Assembly (NCBI GenBank): GCA_963675745.2 | Contig: CAXXWX010000024.1 | Coordinates: forward strand, 1 to 64,000 | Length of the DNA: 64,000 nt | Reading direction: 5' to 3' | From: Phycisphaerae bacterium | Lineage (GTDB): Bacteria > Planctomycetota > Phycisphaerae > UBA1845 > Fen-1342 | Part shown: one piece after another, positions 50,000 to 60,500 of the stretch | Layout: every line of letters begins with the position of its first letter | Numbering within the stretch: position 1 is the stretch's first letter | Translations under genes and position numbers: made by a program | The notes under the pieces: model-generated | What the model was told of the DNA's origin: nothing | The model's database searches: none | Seen by the model: only the letters and a program-made list of their open reading frames with translations

Positions 50000-52841
50000 A
50001 TGACTCTCAGCACGCGATTGTCTGTGATGAGCATCGGCGTATCCCTGTTGGTGCTGGCTGGTGCCGCCGCGGCGCTGGCCGATGAGGTTGTTACCGCCGA
50101 CTACCGCTTCGAGCGGCCCGACGTTTCCACTGTCCGAATCGGCGCTGACGTGTATGACCGGGTGACGATTCCCGCCTGCTCGAACGGCGGTCAGGTCGGT
50201 GAGCCGGCGCTGCCCCGCGCGCGGAGCACGAATCCTGCTGCCAAGCGGCGCCGACGTCTCCAGCATCCGCGTGATCTCAGATGAAAGCGTGCTGTTGGGC
50301 GATGGCTACCTGATTGAGCCGGTTCCAAAACCGGTCAGACTCTCCGCCGGCCCCGACATGGCCGCCGTGCCAACGCCGGATCAGACGATCTACGCATCGG
50401 CGCAGCCTTTCCCTGACGCGGAATTCGAGTACATCGGCGTGCAGAGTTTTCGTGGCTACCAGATTCTGACATTGAAGCTGCGGCCGGTGTCGTATGTTCC
50501 CGCGACCGGTGAGCTGCGCTATTCGCCGCACTTGCGGGTTGTGGTTGAGACCGTACAAACCGGGCGCGTGGCGCCGCTATACCGCGGGCTCTTGTCGGAT
50601 CAGGCGGAAGTCCGCGCCAAAGTGGACAACCCTCAGGTCGCCCGTACGTACGCCGCCACTTCCACACGCGGTCCGCGCAGCTACGATCTGCTGATCATCA
50701 CGACGCCGACGTTGGCCCCGGTCTTCGCGCCGCTCAAGAGTTACCACGACGCTCACGGCATGCCGACGGAACTTCACACGACAACCGACATCGGCAGCGT
50801 GAATCCGGATGACGTTCGCGACTACATCAGCGCGGCCTATGCCAGCGACGGCATAACTTATGTGTTGATTGGTGGCGATGATGACGTGATTCCGGCCAAG
50901 GATCTATACGTGAGTTCGTTGTCCGGCGAAATCGAGTACGCGATGCCCGGCGACATCTACTACGCCTGCCTGGATGGCACGTATAACTACGACGGTGACG
51001 CCAGGTGGGGGGAGCCGACCGATGGGCCCGGCGGTGGTGACGTCGATATGGTTGCCGAGGTCTACGTGGGGCGGGCTGCCGTCGGCGACACCATCGAGGC
51101 CGCCCGCTTCGTGAACAAGACAATCTGGTATCTCGAGGGTAACCACGCGTATCCCAACAAGGTGCTGCTGGTCGGCGAGTACCTGGGCTTCGGAGGCGTG
51201 TCTGACTACGCCGCCAACACGTTGGAAGAGCTGATTGACGGCGCCAGCACGCACGGCTATACGACCGTGGGTATTCCCTCCGCCGAATACGACTTCGATG
51301 AGCTTTTCGAGCGCGACATGTCGTGGTCTCAGGCGACACTCGCTTCACGGATCAACGGCAGCGTACACACCCTCAATCATCTGGGTCACGGGGACGTCTC
51401 GTACGCAATGAAGTTCTACAACAGCGACGTCCTGAGCGATCTGACCAACGAAGATCTGTGTTTTGTCTATTCGCAGACCTGTCTCGCCGGGCACTTCGAC
51501 GGTGCGGATTGCTGGGCCGAGGCAATGAACATCAAGACCGACTACGGCGCGTTCGCCGTGATCATGAACGCCCGCTATGGCTGGGGCGAATGGGACTCGA
51601 CCGACGGACCATCGCAGCGTTTCAATCGTGAGTTCTGGGATGCCGTCTATGCCGAGTCGATGCCGCAGTTGAGCCGGGCAAATCAGGATTCAAAGGAAGA
51701 CAACCTGTACCGGATCAACGAATCGTGCATGCGCTGGTGTACCTACGAGCTCAACCTGTTCGGCGACCCGACTGTTCCGATCACCGGTGTGACGCCGAGT
51801 GGCCTGCGTGTTGACCCGGCCGACGGCTTCTATGCTGAAGGTCAGGCGGGCGGGCCGTTCGCGCCGGACAGTGTCGACTATACGCTTGAGAATCTGTCCG
51901 ACGCCGCGCTCACCTATGAAGCGACCGCAACGCAATCCTGGGTCACGATCGTGAACGGCACGGGGGTGATTCCGATTGGCGGCACGGCCATAGTCACGGT
52001 TTCGATCAACTCGAATGCCGACGCGATGCCAAACGGGAGCTACCAGGACACGGTTTCGTTCGTCAACCTGACCGATCACGATGGCGACACGACGCGCCCG
52101 GTTACACTTAAGGTCGGTGTGCCCACGATGCAGCACGCGTGGACGCTCGACGCAGATCCCGGTTGGAGCATGGAGGGCGAATGGGCGTTTGGCGCGCCCT
52201 CCGGCCAGGGCGGCGGTTCGTACGGATTCGCCGACCCATCCGGCGGCGCCAGCGGCACCAATGTTTTTGGCGTCAACCTCGATGGCGACTACTCGCTGAC
52301 GACGGGGGGGCCGTATCACCTCACGCTCGGGCCGATCGACCTGACCGACATGAGCGAGGTGAGCCTGCGCTTCCAGCGCTGGCTGAACTGCGACTACCAG
52401 CCCTACGTGTCATTCATGGTCGAGGTTTCCAACGGCGGTGATTGGGAAACCGTCTGGTCAAACGGGAGTTCTGTCGTCACGGAAAATTCCTGGTCGGCAC
52501 AGGCGTACGACATCGCCGCGATCGCCGACGACCAGCCGGCCGTGTCGGTGCGTTGGAGCTATACGATTAACAACTACGCGTACGCGTACTCCGGATGGAA
52601 TATCGACGATGTCGAGATCTGGGCTATGGCGGGCGGTGGACAGTCATACCCGCCCGGCGACCTCAATTGTGACGGCGTGTTGAACAATGGCGACATCGAC
52701 CCATTCGTAATGGCCGTCACGGATGCCGCCGGCTACGCCGCTACGTATCCCGCTTGCGACTTGATGCTCGCCGACTGCAACAACGATGGTCTGGTTAATA
52801 ACGGCGACATCGACGACTTTATTTTGGCGCTGGGCGGCTAA
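50000..52841 (+). CDS. Second peptidase C25 with dockerin-like tail, frameshifted near 50215
   Basis: Signal peptide in ORF 49994..50284; removing one C restores EPALPARGARILLP; YVLIGGD, NHLGHG, QTCLAG, NLFGDP. Confidence 0.9.
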
Positions 52842-52872
52842 GCCGGAACTGGCGTATCCACCCAGCGGGCAC

Positions 52873-52910
52873 AGAACGGCGCCGGGCTCATCGGGGCCCG
52901 GCGTTGTTTT
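52873..52910 (+). terminator. Intrinsic terminator after the protease pair
   Basis: AACGGCGCCGGGC-loop-GCCCGGCGTTGTTTT. Confidence 0.7.
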
Positions 52911-53108
52911 GCGCCGGTGGCCTGTGGGACGCACGCCGCACATCGGGGGCTTATGCCGCGACTGTTTCACGCCGGGTTGCTGAGCAGCGCATGGTCGGAC
53001 CGTGAGTGGAAAATTCGCAGCCCGCCGGATTGCTATTGAGAAACCGGGCTTAACTGCGTCTAATGGTCGCGCGGACGATCTACCGGTTCGTGATGAGGTG
53101 AACACGTC

Positions 53109-54308
53109 ATGAAAATCATGGTCGCGTGCGAGCTGCCCGAGTCCGCCATGGACGAGTTGCGCCGGCTCGGCAGCGAGGTGGTGGTCGAGACAGAGCCGAC
53201 AACCGCGTCGCTGGCTCGCAGCATTGACGGCGTGAGTATTCTGATAGTCGGCCAGACACCGGTCTCTCCCGACGTCATCGACCGGGGGACGGCGTTACAG
53301 ATGATCGTGTGTGCCGGCATCAGCGGGGCGACCATCGCCGTGGATGAGGCATCGGCGCAGGGGATTTTCGTAACGCACTGTCCGGACATGGATGCGGTCG
53401 CGTGTGCCGAGATGGCCATCGGGCTCATCCTCGCCTTGGACCGGCACATCATCGATAACGCAATCACGCTGCGCGAGGGGCGTTGGGATCGGGGCCGCTT
53501 CCTTGATGCGCGCGGTTTGGCGGGGCGCACGCTGGGTGTGCTGGGAAGCTGCCCGTTTCGGCTGGCCCTGGCCGAGCGCGCCCAGGCCTTTAAGATGAAG
53601 GTGCTCACCTGGATGGCCGAACCGAACCACGACGCCGCCAGCGATTGCGGTATTGAGCTGTGCAACTGGCCGCGCGAGCTTGCCCGACGCAGTGACGTGG
53701 TCGTGGTACACACGCCGGTCGGGCACGGCTACGATCAGGCCATCGATGACGATTTCCTGGAGAGCATTCAGGAAAACGCGCTGCTGGTACACATTGGCGA
53801 TGTCAGCCTACTGGATGAATCGACGCTGGTTGAGTTGGTCAAGAGCCGTAACCTCAAAGTCGCCCTGGATGTCTACCAGAGCGAGCCAGCCGGCCCCAGC
53901 GGCAAGATTCGCTCGCAGTTGCTCAAGCTGCCCGGCGTGATCGGGACCCATCACATCAGCGGTGCGACCGAGCAGGCCCGGCAGGCGGTTGCCGACGAGG
54001 TTGTGCGCATCGTGTCGGCGTTTCTCGTGTCGGGTGAGGTCATCAACGCGGTCAACCTGTGCGAGCACAGCCCGGCGATGTGGCAACTGGTTCTGCGCCT
54101 GCGCGATCAGGTGGGCGTCATGGCCAATATTCTGGAGGCCATCCGGGCGGACGGGATCAACGCCGAGGAGATCACCAGCAAGGTATTCCGCGGGGCCAAG
54201 GCCGCATGGTGTACGATCGCGCTCGACGAACGGCCCAGCAACGATGCGCTCAAAGCTATTCAGGCGCATGGGGATGTGCTACACTTAGAACTTCGCGCCG
54301 TCATGTAG
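53109..54308 (+). CDS. SerA-like D-2-hydroxyacid dehydrogenase homologue with ACT domain; motifs degenerate
   Basis: LAGRTLGVLG, ALDVYQSEP, THHISGATEQA, C-terminal DQVGVMANIL. Confidence 0.85.
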   Translation: MKIMVACELPESAMDELRRLGSEVVVETEPTTASLARSIDGVSILIVGQTPVSPDVIDRGTALQMIVCAGISGATIAVDEASAQGIFVTHCPDMDAVACAEMAIGLILALDRHIIDNAITLREGRWDRGRFLDARGLAGRTLGVLGSCPFRLALAERAQAFKMKVLTWMAEPNHDAASDCGIELCNWPRELARRSDVVVVHTPVGHGYDQAIDDDFLESIQENALLVHIGDVSLLDESTLVELVKSRNLKVALDVYQSEPAGPSGKIRSQLLKLPGVIGTHHISGATEQARQAVADEVVRIVSAFLVSGEVINAVNLCEHSPAMWQLVLRLRDQVGVMANILEAIRADGINAEEITSKVFRGAKAAWCTIALDERPSNDALKAIQAHGDVLHLELRAVM

Positions 54309-54399
54309 GCGTGTGACGGCGGCCACCCGGAAAAAACGCGAGCCCAATGACGCCGGCAACCGCCGGCGCGGATGCGGGTATAAGGGCGTGCGAGGTGTC

Positions 54400-55490
54400 A
54401 TGATACGCGGCTACAACTCTCTTACAGCTCTGCTCGCCCCGATACTGGGTATCGCTTTATTGTGTGGCGGCCCGCCGGCCGGCCGCGCGGATGACGCCGT
54501 TGAAAGCGCCAGACCGGCGTTGGCGTCGATCTGCTGGCGGTTGAGCGTCTGATCACGCCCCAACACCCGGTTCGCGTGCGTTTCCTGCTGCACAACCTGA
54601 CGGGTGAGTTGGTCGAGCTGCCGCTGACATGTGCGTTTGACGCCGGCGCGGGGGTCGCGCTGCCGTTGGAGCTGGTGTTCGGTATACCCGAGCAACCGGC
54701 GTTGCAACTGGCCTTCGAAGCTGAGAACCCCGAGTTCCTGCGGCCGCCGGCGTACGCGTCAGATGCCGAAGCGGTTGGCGGCATGCTACGGCTGGCACCG
54801 CACGGCACGCTCGGGACCGAGATCGACTTGCAGCCGTTGCACACGGGGTTGCGCTATACCGGGCTGCACCGGGTGATCTGGCGGCCGTTGGATGGGCGTT
54901 TCGGCGAGGCGGTCGTTGACCTTCGCATCGAGCCCCGCAAGCAGGCGCTGCTGGTCACCGATTATGGCAAGCTGACCTTTGACCTCTGCTATGACGAGGC
55001 CCCGCTGAATGTCGAGAGCTTCCTGGAGCTGGCGGGCAGCGGGTTTTACGACGGCAAGACTTTTCACAAGATTGTCACCGGCATGGCGATTCAGGGCGGC
55101 TGCCCGTTGGGCAACGGGCGCGGCAAGCGGCCGGATGGCAAGCTCATACCCGCGGAATTCAACGCCACCCCGTTTGTGGCTGGCACGCTGGCGATGGCGC
55201 GCAAGGGAGATGACCCGGACTCGGCAAGTTGCCAGTTCTTCATCGCGCTGGATCGGCTTCCAGAGCTCGATGGCAAATACACGGTGATTGGTCAGGCGCG
55301 CGATGAAGAGAGCATGCGCACGCTGAAGCAGCTCGGAGAGATTCCCACCAACCGCAACTATCTCCCACTCAGCCCGGTGCTGATCCGCTCGATAAACCTG
55401 AATCCGATCGACGCGACGCGCTCGACGCGCCTGGAGTTGGGGGGCACGCAGAGTGGCGATGTGACCGCGGATTCCGAGCCGGATCGGTAG
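54400..55490 (+). CDS. Secreted cyclophilin-type PPIase with extra N-terminal domain, frameshifted near 54520
   Basis: GFYDGKTFHKIV (Lys where the catalytic Arg normally sits), IQGGCP, GTLAMAR, SASCQFFI, LDGKYTVIG; signal peptide in another frame. Confidence 0.85.
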
Positions 55491-55631
55491 TGATGATCAG
55501 CGTCAATTTGTGTGCTTGCGGCGCCTGCCGCCCCTGAATCAGACGTTTCTGCACGCCGCATTGCCCTCGGAGCATGGCCGACTGAGGGGTTGCCCTCCGC
55601 GCTCAAAGGCGAAGCGCTGTGGCCGCGCGGC

Positions 55632-56081
55632 TCACTCCGTTTCGTCGTCCCACTTCCCGTGCATGTACTCGTGCAGGTAGCGAATGGTCTCTTTCTGTTC
55701 GGCTTCGCTGGTCTCGACGATGTCGCCGATGGAGATCATTCCCACAAGACGCTCGTTCTCGACGACGGGCAGGTGCCTTATGCGGCGATTGCGCATGACG
55801 CTGCGGCACTCGTCTGCGGTGGTTTCAGGGGCGCAGACCGCCACCGGTGACGTCATGTAGTCCCTCACTTGCCCGGCTACCGGGTCGCGTTGACAGGCGA
55901 CGATCCGGTTGAGCACATCCCGCTCGGTGAAGATGCCGACCACCTTTCCCTCGCTGGTGACCACCAGCGCCCCGATGTGATGTTCGTTCATGGCCTCGGC
56001 GGCCTCGAGCACTGTTGCATCTGATTGAATGCTGATCACACGGTGCGGTTTCTTGTCGAGAATCGATTTGACGGTGAGCAT
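55632..56081 (-). CDS. CBS-domain pair protein
   Basis: HHIGALVV, GIFTERD, RIRHLPVV, GMISIGDIV. Confidence 0.93.
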   Translation of the reverse strand: MLTVKSILDKKPHRVISIQSDATVLEAAEAMNEHHIGALVVTSEGKVVGIFTERDVLNRIVACQRDPVAGQVRDYMTSPVAVCAPETTADECRSVMRNRRIRHLPVVENERLVGMISIGDIVETSEAEQKETIRYLHEYMHGKWDDETE

Positions 56082-56209
56082 TTTTCGGCCTCCCGATTCG
56101 CAGTGAGCTGAACCTTCCGCCAAAACGTGTCTTGCGTGCATGCTGACGGACAAGCGGCACGGCACCCTCGCCAGATTCTAGCGGCGGATCGCAGATAAAC
56201 CAGCACTAC

Positions 56210-56725
56210 CTACCAGCGAGCGGACGAACCACGGCTCGCGGTCCTCGCTGCGGAGAGCCACGGCAACGCCGTCGCGGTCGCGGCGAGCAAGGCGGCAGCA
56301 AAAGCCGTCAGCAGTCCGCCGAGCAGCAGGCTGGCGGCCGGCTCCGCACTGCCCAGCCACAAGCGCACGTGAGCAGCGAGGACAAACTGTGCGGGCAGCG
56401 CCATGATAAATGCGAGAATCAGCCGGACCAGCCAGATATTGATGCGAAAGACGTCGCGGTTACTCGTCAGCAGCAGCGCTGTGAGCCCCAGCGCGAATGC
56501 ATGGATGCCCAGCGGACCCACACCGCTGAAATCCTGCGCCAGGCCGACCAGAAAACCGGCGATGCGGGCGTCGTCGCGCGGCGCGCGGAGACCGTAAACC
56601 AGTGCGAGCGCCAGGAAAAGATCCACCGGCGGCTGGCCCAGCAGTCGCGGGTCGAGCACGTTGACCACGGCCGTTTGCAGCACGTATGTAACCAGCAACG
56701 CGATGCCAAGAAGGGCCCAGGACAT
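56210..56725 (-). CDS. mreD: MreD-like membrane protein
   Basis: ~170 aa, hydrophobic; LQT, VDLFLAL, GFLVGLAQD...PLGIHAFAL. Confidence 0.75.
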   Translation of the reverse strand: MSWALLGIALLVTYVLQTAVVNVLDPRLLGQPPVDLFLALALVYGLRAPRDDARIAGFLVGLAQDFSGVGPLGIHAFALGLTALLLTSNRDVFRINIWLVRLILAFIMALPAQFVLAAHVRLWLGSAEPAASLLLGGLLTAFAAALLAATATALPWLSAARTASRGSSARW

Positions 56726-56750
56726 GGATAGCTGCAACCTCGCCGGGTTC

Positions 56751-56883
56751 CGGCCGACTCGGAGGTCGACTGCCGCATTCCAGAGTGAACTACGTTTGCC
56801 TGTGGCGTCCGACCCCGAGTCGGACGGTTTTAGCCAGCGTGCACTCTTTTGAGGTCACGGCCGACTCGGGGGTCGGCCGCTAC
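56751..56883. repeat. REP cluster (three palindromes)
   Basis: GCGGCAGTCGACCTCCGAGTCGGCCG (-, 56751..56776); GTGGCGTCCGACCCCGAGTCGGACG (+, 56802..56826); GTAGCGGCCGACCCCCGAGTCGGCCG (-, 56858..56883). Confidence 0.8.
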
Positions 56884-56901
56884 GCCATTAGGTAAATCGT
56901 T

Positions 56902-57471
56902 CTAGGGTGAGGTGCTCACGCCGGGCGACCTGAAGCGCCGCGGGGGATATTTGATGACGCGACCGTCCAGGCGCTCGTACTCCACGCCGATCTCGACCTC
57001 GCCGCCGCTCAGATCCAGATCCTTCGGCCAGCGGAGAATGAACATATACGAATAGCCCATGGGCGACATCCGCCGCACGCGGAAGCCCATGGCCTCAGCC
57101 TCGTTCATGCGCCATTCGTGGGCCAGTTCGCGGCTGGTTGTGTTTGTGCCACGGTCGCGCTTGAGCTTGTATATCTTGACGACGATCGTGCCGGAGACGA
57201 AACAGCCCTTGGACTTGAAATCGGGCGCCGTGCCGCCTGGGGTAAAGAGGGCAACCATCCGAAATCCGACCGCGCTGCCCATCTCCAGCAGCCACGGAGG
57301 CTCGCGCCAGTATGTGTAGATCGCCGTGATATCGTCGCGGGTGGCCACGTCCCTGGCGTCAAAAATCTCACCCGTGGCCGGTGGCGCCTTGGGGGGGGTC
57401 GCGCATGAGGTGGCAAGTAAACCTGCGAGTACACTACTGAGCACAAGCATTCCGGCGCGGCCAGAGGGCAT
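56902..57471 (-). CDS. Hypothetical lipoprotein
   Basis: GGGAG RBS; hydrophobic stretch then LATSC lipobox. Confidence 0.75.
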   Translation of the reverse strand: MPSGRAGMLVLSSVLAGLLATSCATPPKAPPATGEIFDARDVATRDDITAIYTYWREPPWLLEMGSAVGFRMVALFTPGGTAPDFKSKGCFVSGTIVVKIYKLKRDRGTNTTSRELAHEWRMNEAEAMGFRVRRMSPMGYSYMFILRWPKDLDLSGGEVEIGVEYERLDGRVIKYPPRRFRSPGVSTSP

Positions 57472-57517
57472 CAACACTCTCCCGTTTGTCATCGCATGCT
57501 GATGCCGCGGTCCGGCA

Positions 57518-60500
57518 TCATGGCTGATCGTGTCCCAGCCGCGCGATCGGCAGATCATAGCTTACATCAGCCGGGTCGTTTGTGTGAATCTCGCGCCGCA
57601 GTGAGCGCAGGTTACCCAGCGGGCCATACTCTTCGCTGCCGACCTCTTCGCGGATTTCCTGGATGTCATCCTTGGGGAACGGCCCCAACTCATCGTATTC
57701 ACCGGGCAGCAGGTTTTCGGGCTGCACGCGCAGGTTGTTCATCAAGGGGTTGGTCAAAACATGTTCCGGCAGCGTGCCGGTGGCGTCGCGCGCGGCGACC
57801 GAAATCTCACGATAGTCGTCAACCGTGCGGATGATGCGCGGCGTCATGATAATGAGCAGTTCGGCCTTTCTGGTGGTCGTGTCATCATAGCGGAAGAGAT
57901 TCCCCAGCACCGGGACGTCGCCGAGGACCGGAACCTTGGATTCGGTGCGTTCGTCTCGTTCCTGGATCAGGCCGCCGAGCACGACCGTCTCGTTGTCGCG
58001 CACAGTCACGACGGTCTCGGCCAGGCTCTCCCGGAAGATAGGCGCGGTCAGGCCCGGGCCGACCTCGATGGTCGAGTCGGTCAAGTCCGAAACTTCCTGC
58101 GTGATCTCGAGCCGCACATAGCCGTCGGGGTTGATCTGCGGCGTGACGTTGAGCTTGATGCCGACGTCCGACCGCGCGACCGACGTGGTGATCTGGCCAC
58201 CGACGGTGGAAGTGCTGCTCCCCGATACGTACGGCACGTCGTTGACGACCTCGATTTTGGCTGCCTGGCCGTCCATTGCCACGATGTGCGGTCGACTTAG
58301 CACGTTCAGGCCGGTCTCGGTCTGGAGCGTGCGGAGCAGGAAGTTGAAATCGCGGCCTGTGATGGTAAACGAGAAGCCACCCAGCCCGGTGCCGACGGCG
58401 CCGATGTCCGTTCCGCCGACATAGTCGAACGTGGTGGTGTCGGACGGGCCGGCCGCGGCGAACTGAAGATCCTGGAACGCGAACTCGACGCCGAGTTCGA
58501 GCGAGTTCTCCATGGTGACTTCGACGATCAGAACCTCGATGCTGACCTGGGGAGGCGGCTGATCGAGTTCATTGACGATATCGAAGACCTCGGTCTCGCG
58601 GCGCGGATCAAAGCTGATAATGACGCGATTCGAATCTTCCGCGGCGATCGCGACGATCTCGCGTTCGAGGCGGCGTTGGGTGGAGATGTCATCGCCGAGC
58701 TCGTCAAGCAGCGTTTGCTCGGCGTCGCTGTAATCGACAAGCGATGCCACCAGGCTTTCCACGGGCGTGTTGCGGGGCGCGTAGACGACCGTCTTGCGCT
58801 CCTCGATGGGTTTGCTGTCCAGTGAGAGGATCAGCTCTTCGGCGATGTCGAGATAGCCGGGCGTACCGGCGGCGATCACAGAGTTCGTGCGCACGTCGGT
58901 GTTGAATCTGATCTGCTGCCGGCCGCCGGCGCCGAGCGCCCCCATCGTCAGTTGGCGCTCTTCATTGTCATCGCCGGTACCCTGAGACGTCTCCTCAAAC
59001 AGCGGTTCCAGCATCTGGACCATCTGCTCGGCGTCGGAGTTGCGCAACGGGAAGACGCGGATCGTCGCGTCGCTGGGGATGATGTCGATGGCGGCGACGA
59101 GCGATTCCATCAGCGGCATGCTCTCGGCGGGCGCGACGATCATCAGCGAGTTTGTGCGCAGGTCGGCGGTAACGACGATGTTCTGGCGCATGGCCTTGAA
59201 GGTCTGCGGTCCGAGATCGGGATGCTCGGTCTGGAAGATGAGCATGACGTCGCGGAGCGTGTCGCTGCCGCCACCGCCGCCCCGGCCGCCGCCGCCGACA
59301 GCGCCGCCCTGGCCTTCGAGGATGTTCATCAGCAGGTCGCCGGCATCTTCGGCGTCGGCCTGCTTGAGCTTGAAGCTCTTGACCACCGCAACGGCCTGCG
59401 GATCGATGTCGTCAAATCGGCGCACGATATCCTCGATATCCTCGAGCAGAGCCGGCGGGCCGATTGCGACAATCGAGTTGGTGGTCGGCTCATGCGTGAC
59501 GGTCAGGTCAACATCCTCGCCGGTGTTCTGGAACAGGTCTTGCAAGCTGTCGGCCAGCTCCTCGGCGCTGCGCTGCCTGAGCGGCAGGATGCGCGTCATG
59601 CGGCCGATTTCCGAAGGTTTGTCCAAAATCTCGATCCAGCGCTCGATCATGACCATGTCTTCGCGCGACGCCGCCAGCAGCAGGCTGTCGGAGATCGGGT
59701 CCGCGGCGATGTGGATCGGGGCGCCGGTCAGGTTCGACTCCTGGTCCGACAGCGTCTTGTCGATCATGTCGTTCAGGCGGGCGGCCACATTGGCGGATGA
59801 GTTCAGCCGCACCTTGACCACCTTGAACTCGACGGTCGGCTCGAACTGCTGGTCGAGGTTGGTCACCAGGTCCTTGGCTTCCTCGAGGTAGTCGCGCGTG
59901 CCGGTCAACACCAGCGAATTGCTGCGCCCGTCGGCGATAACACTGAGCGTGTCGTTGGCTTGCGTATCGGTCTTCTGGCTGGCGTCTTCCTTGGCGTCGA
60001 AGACCTCCTCGAGCAAACGCTGGAGCTTGATCGCGTCGGCGTATTCGAGCGGGCGGAATTCGGTTGTGACGATGCGGTAGCTGTCCGCCGCGTCGAGCTT
60101 CATCACCAGCTCTTCGATCATGTCATAGACGTCGTCGTTGGCGAAGACAACCAGGGAGTTCGAGCGATCATCGGCCTTCACAACGGCCACGTCGCGTTCC
60201 GTGCCCGTGTTGCCCATGGTCTCCGCGCGTTTCTCGAGCAGATCGGTGACTTGCTCTTCGATGGTCGATGACTGCACGTTCCGCAGCGCGATGATGTGGG
60301 AGTCGATCCCGAGATCGGTGCTGGGCCGGTCCATCTCGGTCACCAGCACGTTGACCAGCTTGACCGCGTCGGTGCGGCCGATGGCGAACAGCGTGTTGCT
60401 GCGGGCGTCGTGCGAGAAAGAGACCTGGTAGGGCAGCCCCTTGGCCGCCAGTCCGGGCGGGACCGGAGGGAGAATGCCCTTTTCGAGACCGCCGCCGTCA

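Noticed and set aside
14546..52841. Repeats as a CRISPR array
   Set aside because: The repeats are dispersed coding domains or short binding-site arrays; no repeat-spacer structure and no cas genes.
301..54576. Frameshifts in GH43, hsdS, primase, the second C25 protease and cyclophilin as programmed frameshifting or phase variation
   Set aside because: Scattered single-base indels, several at short homopolymers, with no slippery heptamers or long tracts and no in-frame stops; assembly error is more parsimonious. Read mapping would decide.
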